From assembly GCA_013416795.1 (NCBI GenBank), contig RQSC01000056.1:1-34579 (forward strand): a DNA stretch of 34,579 bases, read 5' to 3'. The notes below the pieces were generated by a model. That model saw nothing but the letters and a program-made list of their open reading frames with translations, did not search any database and was not told where the DNA came from. Numbering within the stretch: position 1 is the first letter of the stretch; each line of letters starts with the position of its first letter. Shown piece after piece: positions 21,688 to 30,853 of the stretch. Both the position numbers and the translations under genes were made by a program. The stretch is from Prasinococcaceae sp. CCMP 1430. Its lineage: Eukaryota > Plantae > Prasinodermophyta.

Positions 21688-22152
21688 CGGCGGGGCGCGC
21701 GGCGGCGGTCGCGCGCGACTCGGGCGGCGGCTTCTGGGCGGGCGCGCTGGTGGGCGGCGTCCTGGGTGGGGTGGCGGCGTACGTGTTCGCGCCGCAGATC
21801 TCCAAGTTCCTGCTCGGCGAGGACGGCGAGGCCGACGACATCGGCGGCGTCGAGGAGACAAACACGAAGCTCACCGGCGAGATCGCCGCGCTCAACAGGT
21901 GCGCGCGCAAGCGCGGGCCACTCCCTCGTGCCTCCATCGGGCCCGACACCCCCACGACCACCCGTGATGCTGACTCGACGCCAACACCGCCTGCATCGCC
22001 CGCGCTGCCCGCGCCGCCGGGCGCACTGCTGCGCGGATTGGCGCGCGCGCAGGGAGATCGACACCGTGAAGGCGCAGATGGGCACCAAGATGGAGGCCGA
22101 GAAGACCATCAAGAGCGTCATGGACGACACGCTCGGCCAGGCATCGATCTGA
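21688..22152 (+). CDS. Small chloroplast-envelope-type membrane protein (resembles the Arabidopsis At1g42960 family / YtxH-like), 5' end in the gap; join(<21688..21898, 22053..22152)
   Basis: Gly-rich TM GGGFWAGALVGGVLGGVAAYVFAPQI, then a coiled segment EETNTKLTGEIAALNR-EIDTVKAQM across a GTGCGC..CAG intron at 21899-22052. Confidence 0.65.
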   Translation, partial: RRGARRRSRATRAAASGRARWWAASWVGWRRTCSRRRSPSSCSARTARPTTSAASRRQTRSSPARSPRSTGARASAGHSLVPPSGPTPPRPPVMLTRRQHRLHRPRCPRRRAHCCADWRARREIDTVKAQMGTKMEAEKTIKSVMDDTLGQASI

Positions 22153-22263
22153 GTGGCAGCCGCGCAGGCGCAGGTAGCGCGCGCGCCAGTGCGCGCCGAG
22201 CCCGCGCCCGGCCAGAGAGGCGGCGGCGCTTCCGCGCGAGAGCGGCACTGTCTTCGCTAACGC

Positions 22264-25200
22264 TCAGAGCGTGGACGTGACACGACAACGACGCCCGGCG
22301 GCAGGCCCACGCGCAGCGCCTGCGGCGCACAACGCTGCGCTGCCGCCTACTACGCATCCCACGGCGCGAGTGTTTGTGGTTCGCCGACAGCCCGCCCGCT
22401 GTCCACGCCTTGCGCTTTCTGCCCGCCCGCCTCGAAATTCGTCCATGATGTCGCGTAGCGGGTCCCCGCAGACCGCAAAGCCCCGCGCGCCCGCGCAGCT
22501 CCCGGCCGATCGCGAGCGCCCATCATTGGCGATCGATGCGCCTGCGGCGCCGCGCCACACCGCCCCCTCGCTTCCCACGGCGATCGCGCGCGCGCGCGCG
22601 GCCCGCCCGCCACGCAGCCCCATATATTCGGACGACGACACCATCCGCGCCAGATAGGCGGAGAGGCCGCCCACCGGCGGCGCGATCGACATGTCGTTGT
22701 CGTTGAGGATCACCACCAGGCGATTCCCCGCCGCCTCGGCATTGTTCATCGCCTCATAGGCCATGCCCGCCGACATCGAGCCGTCGCCGATGACGGCAAT
22801 GCCACGCCCGGGCCGATTTGCCAGCTTGTTGGCGACCGCAAAACCCAGCGCCGCGCTGATCGAGGTGGAGCTGTGGGCCGCGCCGAACGGGTCATATTCG
22901 CTTTCGCTGCGCTTGGTAAAGCCAGACAGGCCGCCGCCCATGCGCAAGGTGCGGATGCGGTCGCGCCGCCCCGTCTGCAGTGCCTTGACCGGGTTCCCCG
23001 AGTCGGCGCTGGCAGAGCGCGACCGCGCGCGTGTGTGCACGCGGTGTGTGTGTGTGTGTGTTGGGGGGGGGGGAGGGGCGCGTGTGTGCCTGCGCGCCTG
23101 CACGCATACCACAACACGTTTGCTCGGCGTCGGTGTGTGCGTGTGTGTGAGAGAGGGGGGGAGAGCGAGAGCGCACGAGCGCGCTGGTGCGCTGGTGCGT
23201 GACTGTGCGCACGCGGGTGCGCGCGCGGGTGCGCGGCGATGGGCTGCGGCGCGAGTACGCCGGCCGTGACCTCGCCCATCCCGCCGGCTCCCGCGCCGAC
23301 GAGAGTCGAGCAAGTTGCGACTGGTGATGCCGAGGTTTCGGCCGAGGACGAGCAGCGCGCCGCGCTCGCCGGCGGGCCGCCGGGTGCCCTGGCCGCGCTC
23401 AGCAAGTATGACAACGCGACCGCCCCGCCGGTGCCGCCACGCGCGTTCAGGGACATGACCGCGCCGGCGCCCGCCGGCGCGGATGACCACGACGCGGAAA
23501 TCGACGACCTGATCGCGTCCGAGGCCGCGGCTGAGTCTGCGGCGCTCGCGACCAACGCAGCCGGCCCGGAGCCTGGCGCCGAGGCCGGCGCCGCACACAC
23601 ACACGCGCCCGAGCAGGGCGGCGCCCGCGCCGCCTCCCCCGACGCCGACTTCGACGTCGACGCCATGCTGCGCGAAACGGACGAGTCGGTGGAGCGCCTG
23701 CTCGGCCTAGAGGCGCCGGAGGCGGAGGCGCAACAGCAGCAGCAGGTATGGTCCTCGCCAGCACGCGCGCACGCGAACGCGCGCACTCGCGCACGTGCTT
23801 ACATGCACGCAAACGCGCGCAAGCGCTCCCCCTTCCCCAACCAACACACACACACACGTGCGCGCACACGCGCACACGCGCACACGCACTCATATACTTC
23901 CACGCACGCGCGGCTGCAGGCCGGTGGTCCGTCCCACGCACATCTCCCCCCGCCGACCAACTCTCGGGACGCGGCGTTCCACTCAATCCTGGGCGCGTAC
24001 GGTGGCGCCGCGGCCGTGAACGACGGCGGCGGCGACCACTATGAGCACCGCTACCGCGGCACCGATGGTAGCCTCGCGGCGCTCGCGCACAGGCCGGTGT
24101 TTGCCGCCCCAGGCGATGACGACGACGACCTCGACGAGCTCGACCTCGCCTCGCCGCAGGCGCAGGTGTCGCCGCCGCAACCGCCTCCGCGCGCGCACAC
24201 ACACGCACCGCACGGCGGCGGCGACGCGGGCGTGGGCTTCGGCTTTGGCGGAGGGGGTGGTGTGGCGCAGAGCGGCAGCGCGGATCTTGGGTTGGGCATG
24301 GGCTTTGGCGGCGCGGGCGGCCTCCCCCCCATCAAACCGAAAAGCTCGGGGATGTGGGACCTTGACGCGGACGACCTCGCATACGAGGAGGTGGGCGGCG
24401 CGTCGGAGGTCGTGTCCTTCTGAGAGCACGCGCAAGCTCACGTGCGCATCCACACTCGCGCTCTCTCTCGCGCACACACACACGCAGGCACATGTGTGCT
24501 TTCTGAGCGCCCAGTCGTTCGTCGCGCGGGCGCAAGTGCACGCATGTATTGCGTGGTAATAGACGCCGCGCACGTGGCTTGCTGCAGGCAAGTATGGTAC
24601 AAGGAGGCAGCGTGTGTGTGCGCGTGCGCGCGCGCGCGCGCATGGCCTGCGAAGGCAGGAGGTGCGACTACTGCAGCCGCAGCTGCGCCTCGGAGGCGGC
24701 TTGCTGCCTCGCCCTCGCGGCCTCCGCCGCGAGCGCGACCTCCTGCGCCGCGCGCGCCCGCCGCGGCAGCGCCTCGCCGACGCTCAGAGCCACGAACGCC
24801 TCGGCCTTGGCGAGTTGCACCTCCGCGATGGCAAGGCCGCCCAGCGGAGACAGCGGCGCGCTGTAGCGCACGAGCTTGAGGAGCTGGCCATTGGTCGCCT
24901 TGGACGCGTTTCCCCCCAGTCGTGAGTAGCTGCGAGGATGTGCGTGTGTTTGTGTGTTTGTTTGTGTATGTGTGTGTGTGCGCGAGAGAGAGAGAGAGAG
25001 GAGGCAAGCGTGAGTGCGTGCAATACCGTTCAGCGCAGGGTGTCAGCTTCGGCGCGCCTGTGCGCATGCTCGTGGCGTAACAGAGCGGGCGACATTGATG
25101 CTGCTGTCAGGCGCTGCGGTGGCACGCCGCTCGTGCGCTGCGCTTGGTGGCGCAGCCTCACCACTTGACGAGCAGCGGTAGCCGCAGCTGCGGCATCTCC

Positions 25201-25926
25201 TCTTGCGGCAGCGCCGCCCCCCGGGCGTCTGCAGCCACGCGCGTGCTCACGAGCAGCTCGAGCGCGTGGCGGTCGTTGCGGCTCGCGCTCGGCGGCAGGT
25301 CGCACTCCCATGTCCCCACCGACCAGCCCGTGACGTCCGACGCACCCCCGCCGCCGCCGCCGCTGCTGCTGCTGCTGCCGTCGCATGCGCGCATGGACAA
25401 TGACGCCTCGCCCGCAATGCCCCCGCCCGTGCCGCGCGTGTTGACGCCTAGCGATCCGCCGCCCCCGGCGGACGCTGCGCGCGCGCCATCAAGCGCCGTC
25501 ACGTTGATCACCTCCACAGCTGTCACGTCGAGTGCGTCCCATGCGCCACTGCAGGCGCGGGTGTGTTTATGGGTGTTGCAAGAGCACCCAGACAAGCAGG
25601 AGCGACGGTGCGCGCGTCAGTGCCGCGCAGCGTGGATGCGGGCTGCGCCCAACGCCATGGGCGTGCGCGAGAGGATGCCGCGCGCACACCGCGGACCTTC
25701 CCCTTCTCCTTGCCCTTGCACTCAGAGCGATTGCGTACATCGCGCGCTCGAACAGCTTGAGCGTCGTGCTGGCGTGCGTGAAGCGCGCGCCGTCGGGCTT
25801 GAAGACGGCAGCGCGCGCATCCACGGCGCTCGGCGCGTTGCCCGCAGGCCCGCCGGGCGCTCCACCCTCGCCGAGCGCCTCGACCGCGAGCGACAACGAG
25901 ACGCGATCGTGCAGGAGGGACGCCAT
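22264..25926 (-). CDS. Putative adaptor-complex mu-homology protein (AP-5 mu-like). Tentative exons: 25926-25739, 25548-25162, 25068-25027, 24929-24672, 24581-24492, 23008-22264 (the last contains the DXS insert)
   Basis: Segments in MHD order: [35 protein letters not shown] and SEGAVWR (cf. mu-subunit SENAIVWK). All junctions are phase-compatible, but one needs a rare GAG acceptor (25069). Without the DXS insert the model is 448 aa. Family similarity is weak and judged by eye. Confidence 0.4.
22612..22974 (-). other. dxs: 121-codon internal fragment of a bacterial (alphaproteobacterial, Sphingomonadales-like) 1-deoxy-D-xylulose-5-phosphate synthase
   Basis: [51 protein letters not shown]...[52 protein letters not shown] includes the GDG...N TPP-binding motif. 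[12 protein letters not shown] is the proteobacterial form, not the plastid NDNxQVSLP form. The flanks are non-DXS. Confidence 0.9.
23239..24423 (+). CDS. Low-complexity acidic protein with an N-terminal dual-acylation motif (MGCGAS); join(23239..23745, 23920..24423), 336 aa
   Basis: ATG GGC TGC GGC GCG AGT and coding-like codon usage. The intron at 23746-23919 has a GTATGG donor, CA-repeat body and CAG acceptor. Confidence 0.7.
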   Translation: MGCGASTPAVTSPIPPAPAPTRVEQVATGDAEVSAEDEQRAALAGGPPGALAALSKYDNATAPPVPPRAFRDMTAPAPAGADDHDAEIDDLIASEAAAESAALATNAAGPEPGAEAGAAHTHAPEQGGARAASPDADFDVDAMLRETDESVERLLGLEAPEAEAQQQQQVWSSPARAHANARTRARAYMHANARKRSPFPNQHTHTRARTRAHAHTHSYTSTHARLQAGGPSHAHLPPPTNSRDAAFHSILGAYGGAAAVNDGGGDHYEHRYRGTDGSLAALAHRPVFAAPGDDDDDLDELDLASPQAQVSPPQPPPRAHTHAPHGGGDAGVGFGFGGGGGVAQSGSADLGLGMGFGGAGGLPPIKPKSSGMWDLDADDLAYEEVGGASEVVSF

Positions 25927-26184
25927 CTCGACCCCCGAAGCGCCCGGCCGCGCAGCGCGGGGCCCCCGGCGGGCGCACTGTGCCGCAGTGCCACTGCCAC
26001 ACTTCGCGCACGTGCTGGCGGCCTGGGCGTACGCGCGCGGGCGCGCGCTGGCGCAAACGCAAGCGCGCCCAGTGCGAGACCTGGGCGCGTGGGACTAGGC
26101 GCAAGCGCGCACGGCGGCGGCCTGAGCACCGCTTCGCGCGCGTAGCAGGCCTACGCCGGGGCGCCGCCGACCCGCTGCGACGCA

Positions 26185-27647
26185 ATGTCGGCGCGGCACC
26201 TGCTGGGCGGCTTCGGCGACGCGGGCAGCCTCAGTGAGGGCCAGCTCGACACGCTCGACGGCATCACGTGGTCGCTGAGCGCGATAAGCGCAGCGTGCTC
26301 GTTTGCCGTCGTCGCGAGCTACTGGAGCTACAAGGTGTGCGCTTGCGGGCGCGTACCACTGCTCAGGCACCAGCGTAGGCTCGGCGCTTCCGAGCGCTTG
26401 CGCCCGGCAGAAGCCCACGGCTGAGCGAGAGCGTGCTGCCCGCGCTGACATGGCTGAAACGCATCGCACACCACACCCCTGCGCACGTCCAATGCGCGCC
26501 TACGCATTCGTGCACGCCCTGCGGGGCCTCGCGTTCCCTCAGGACCTACGTACGCACGCCTTCGCCCTGGTACACTACCTAGCGCTGGCGGACTTGTTCA
26601 ACTCGCTGTGGCCGTACCTGCCGCAGTCGCCTGTGGCGTCGTGCTCGCTGCAGGCCTTTGTCTACCAGCTCTTCTCGCTTGCGAGCATCCTGTGGACAGT
26701 GGCCATCGCACACACGCTCTGGGCGACGGTTGTCGCGCGGGACGAGGATGTGGCGAGGTTCATGCGGTGGTACCACGCGGGTGTGTGGGGCACCTCCGGG
26801 GTCTCTGCGATCGTGCCCCTCGCCGCGGGGCGGTACGAGTCTGTGGGCCCGTGGTGCTGGATCGCCACCGCGCCCACCGGTGACAAGGGCGGCGTGGCGA
26901 TGCGCTTCGCCTTCTTCTACGTGCCGCTGTGGCTGGTCATCGCGTACCAGCTCGGTGTGTACGCGCAGGTGATGCGCACGCTGAGCGTGCTCTCGCGCAT
27001 GCACGCAGCCGCCCGCGGCGAAAGCAGGGGCGCGCGCACGCGCGCGTGGGCCATCATCCGGCGGCTCGGGTACTACCCGCTCATCCTCATTTTCGTGTAC
27101 TCCTTCGCGACGGTGCACAGGTGCATCAACGCGGCGACCGGCAGGACAGTGTTCTGGCTGTACGTGTTGCAGGCCGTGTTCGGGGCCCTGCAGGGGGCGA
27201 TGCACGCGGCGGCGTACGGCATGAACGAGGACGTGCGCGCGCACTGGCGTGACTCGCTCGGCGGCCTGTGCTGCGGACGGGGAGGCGCTCACGCGCACAC
27301 GCGTTTCGAGGACGAGGGGGAAGCGGGCGAGGTGCGACGATGAGCTGCTGTGTGTGTGTGCGTGTGTGCGTGTGTGTGGGTGGTGGGTGGGGGTGGGGGC
27401 GGGGAGGAGCGGGGTGGGGGGAATTGCGTGCGTTGGCGCGCTCGCGCGAGCGAGAGCGCGTGGGCGCGCACTCACGCGCTGACATCCTACGCCATGTCAC
27501 GTGCTACCGCGTGCATAGCTTGCGTTCGATGACACGAATGTCCCCGGCGACATCGATGACTTCAATGAGGCCTTCGCCTCCGGCAAAGACAACTTCAAGG
27601 ATGGCGTGGAGATGGTGGAGGTGAAGCTCGAGGAGTCACCGCGGTGA
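26185..27647 (+). CDS. GCR1: GCR1-like / Dictyostelium cAMP-receptor-like 7TM protein; join(26185..26334, 26543..27331, 27519..27647), 355 aa
   Basis: LVHYLALADL, CSLQAFVYQLFSLASILWTVAIAHTL, FMRWYHAGVWG, GPWCWI, MRFAFFYVPLW and RLGYYPLILIFVYSFATVHR; seven hydrophobic segments; phase-0 introns. Confidence 0.82.
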
Positions 27648-27983
27648 CACTTGCTCGTGGCGCCGATCGGTGTCTTTGCCCCAGCACACTCACCCATCGG
27701 CCGGTATTGCTTCACCGGCGGGGGAACGTGGCACCGCCGTTGCCATCGATGGCTCTCTCGCACGCAGCCAGCAAGCAGACAAGTAATCGCACAGTGCTTA
27801 GCTAGTATTCAGAGCAGAGATATAATATTAAAAGGAACAGTGGCTAGCGTGCGAGCAACAGGCAGGAGTCGCCCGACGCAGGACGCAAGGGCGCGGCGGC
27901 CGGGTAGCTCTCCGCGCGAGCGCCTGTGCCCCAGTGTCGCTCAGTGCTGAACCGCTCTGTTCCGTGCGGTCCCCGCGCCGCCC

Positions 27984-28340
27984 TCAGTTGTTGGACGCGA
28001 CCACGGCGAGGCCGAAGACAGTGGCTATGCAATACATGGTCTTGTTCTCCCAGCGCACTGTACGAGAGCCGTCCGTGGCATTGTCCCAGTAGCAGCTCGA
28101 CGCTGTGTGCAAGCCTGCGCCGTTCTTCTGCATGATGACACACGTCACGACGTACTTGAACGGCTTGCCGAGGCCGGTGAGCCGCTTGAGGGAGGTCTCG
28201 ACGACCTCGCTTACCCACTGGCTGCTCTTGTGCTGGTTGTACACGGTGTTCAGGAGCACGCTGTCGATGCTCTCTTTGATGATGGCGGACACGTCGTCCG
28301 CAACGAATGCCGCCTCGTCGGAGGTCTCCAGCCCGTCCAT
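27984..28340 (-). CDS. DYNLT1: Dynein light chain Tctex-1 (DYNLT1), intronless, 118 aa
   Basis: [56 protein letters not shown]. Confidence 0.95.
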   Translation of the reverse strand: MDGLETSDEAAFVADDVSAIIKESIDSVLLNTVYNQHKSSQWVSEVVETSLKRLTGLGKPFKYVVTCVIMQKNGAGLHTASSCYWDNATDGSRTVRWENKTMYCIATVFGLAVVASNN

Positions 28341-29200
28341 CGCGCCCACTGCGCCCGCGCACGCGCCGGCCGCGTCCGCCACCCGGCGAGGGTGGGCGCG
28401 CGCGTCGCGGGGAGCGGCGCACGCCGCGGCGCCGCGGCGGTGTGGCTTGCGCCCGGGACGAACCAAGAGGTCCGCACCCGGCGCCTCTCACCCCCACTCA
28501 CCCACCATCATGCCCACACGCGCACGCCCACCCAGGCGCCGCGCCGGCCCGCCCGCGCAGCTCTGCGGCGCCCCAAAGCGGCCGCCGCGCCCCTCGGGGA
28601 ACGCGCACGCGCTGCATGCGTTGCGATATTACACACAAACCCGTACTTCACCCCAATACCCTAAATATGTACCCAAACCCAGCACGCACGAGACATCGTC
28701 GGTGCGGCAGAGCGAGGCACGAGCACACGCGCACCAACGACCTGCCAGCGGGTGTGGCGTCGCTCGCCGGGCGGGCTGGCGCTCAGGCCTGGGCAGCCCC
28801 GGCGCGCCGCGCGAGGCTCCTGGGCGTGCGTCCCTCATCGGCTCCACAAGCAAGGGGGCTTTCGCTGGCGGCGTCCGCCGGCGGGCGGGCGGGCGCCGCG
28901 CGCTCGTGCGCGCGCGCATTTGACCGGCCGACGGGATACGGAATTCGAGCGCGCACGCGCCCGGCGGAGGCGCTGGCGCAGACACCCTGGCCGGCCGGCG
29001 AGGACATGCCACATGTCCCTCCTCCGACCGACTCCGCCGCGATGGACGCCGATGCGCTCGTGCTCCCTCTGCGCCTGGCGTGACGCCGGCCCCCCATGGA
29101 AGTCCTCAGCGTGCTCGGCCTGGCAGGCTCACGCGCTCGCATGCAAATTGCTGCACCCGCCTACGAGCTCGCAGATATCTCAGTTTACGGTTTTATAATG

Positions 29201-29208
29201 TAGGGTTT
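29201..29208 (-). promoter_or_regulatory. Telo-box (AAACCCTA) in an AT-rich island upstream of ARL3; related ACCCTAAA at 28658-28665 upstream of Tctex-1
   Basis: TAGGGTTT on +, inside a conspicuously AT-rich patch (~29170-29245) of an otherwise very GC-rich window. Confidence 0.35.
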
Positions 29209-29407
29209 ATTTTTTACGTCGAAATACATATGGATTACGCTTGCGTTCCCCGACGCGCGGAGGCCGCTTTGGGGTCGCTCGTCACTGGTGCCTGGTTCGG
29301 CCGGTGGGCGCACCCGAGGGGAGGTGGCGCGTGCGTAGCGTGGCGCACACCGCGCGCGCGCGGCGCCGCTCCTGCCTCTGTTCGTCGCCTCGTGCGACCT
29401 GGTAGCC

Positions 29408-30409
29408 ATGGTGCGTGCGCGCGCGAGCGAGCGAGCGAGCGAGCGAGCGAGCGAGAGAGAGTGTGTGTGTGTGTGTGTTCGCGGGGCCGCGGCGCAGCCC
29501 GTGGCACCTGTCGCTGACACGCTTTGCGCCCCCACGATGTCCGTCGCGGCCGCGGGCGCTTGCGCGGGCACGGGCACTTCCCCCCTTCCCCCCCCATCGC
29601 TGCTCCCTACCTTCTGTGCTCGCCCGTGCTTGCTACTGCAGCCTGGGTTGCTGTCACTGCTGCGCAAGCTGCGCAAGCCGCAGCAGGGCGAGGCGCGCAT
29701 TCTGGTGCTGGGCTTGGACAACGCAGGCAAGACCACCATCCTGACCAAGCTGAGCGAGGAGGACATCACCACCATCACGCCCACGCAGGGCTTCAACGTC
29801 AAGTCGCTCTCGCACGCAAACTTCAAGCTAAACGTGTGGGACATCGGGGGACAGAAGGCAATTAGGTGAGCGATGTGGCAGGCGGAGGCGCGCGCTCGGT
29901 GCGACTTGGCGTGGGCGGCGCTGTCGTGTGAGGCGGCACGGCAAGAACGAAAATGGTGCGCCGATGTTGACTCAGCGAGCGCATGCCTCTCACACACCCG
30001 GCCTGCCTCACGCGCATGCATTCCGCGCGCTCGCGCACGCTTTGGCCGCGGCGTGCAGGCCTTACTGGAACAACTACTTCGAGTCCACGGACGCGCTTGT
30101 GTATGTGATTGATTCCACCGACCAGAAGCGCATGGAGGAGACGGGCTTCGAGCTGGGGGATCTCCTTGAGAAGGAGAAGCTTGCCGGGGTGCCGGTGAGT
30201 TGGCGCGTGCGCATGAAGGCGCGCGTGCGCGCTCGGATGGGCGTGAGTACCGTGAATCTGAGCGTGCACGCGCGTGTGCGATTGGACGCATCGTGTGCGC
30301 TCGCCGGCACACCTCGAAGCTCGCTGGGGAGTGCCCCGCCCATGTGCGCCTCACGAGCTATGTGAGCACTGTGCTGACCACCACTGTTCCACGTGTCGCG
30401 CGGGCCCTC

Positions 30410-30442
<33 letters not shown>

Positions 30443-30636
30443 ATGCGCTGCTCGCGCAGCTCCTGATCTATGCTAACAAGCAGGACCTCCTCCACGCGCT
30501 GACGCCCGCGGAGGTGGCACAGATGCTCAATTTGGTGCAGATCCGCGACCGGCAATGGCAGATCGTCGCGTGCTCTGCGCGCACAGGGGACGGGCTCACT
30601 GAGGGCCTCGAGTGGCTCGTGTCCATGATCAAGTAA
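29408..30636 (+). CDS. ARL3: ADP-ribosylation factor-like GTPase 3; join(29408..29410, 29642..29865, 30059..30194, 30460..30636), 179 aa
   Basis: [57 protein letters not shown] and ANKQD are ARL3-type rather than ARL2-type residues. Three canonical introns give a continuous frame. Confidence 0.93.
29422..29477. repeat. Compound microsatellite (GCGA)n(GA)n(GT)n in ARL3 intron 1; similar (GT)n, (GA)n and (CT)n tracts at ~23045-23061, 24969-25000 and 30418-30441
   Basis: Seen directly; all lie in predicted introns. Confidence 0.85.
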
Positions 30637-30853
30637 GTATCCGAGCATCCGCAAAGCGCAGCGTAGTGGAGGAGGCGCGCGCGTGCTGCGCTCGGCCGGG
30701 AGGGGAGGGGTAGGGGGGTATATTAATGGCCATCGCCGCGCGCACGCGCCCGAGAGAGGCAGGCGCGAGCGTCGGTGCGCACTCGGCGTGTACATCACTA
30801 CTGTGGCAATCGGGGGGGTATTCGAGAGCTTGCTCGTGCGTGGCTCTAGCTGG

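Noticed and set aside
29141-29148. Octamer ATGCAAAT suggesting an snRNA gene
   Set aside because: No U1/U2/U4/U5/U6 or tRNA sequence is recognisable nearby, and the octamer is a metazoan element.
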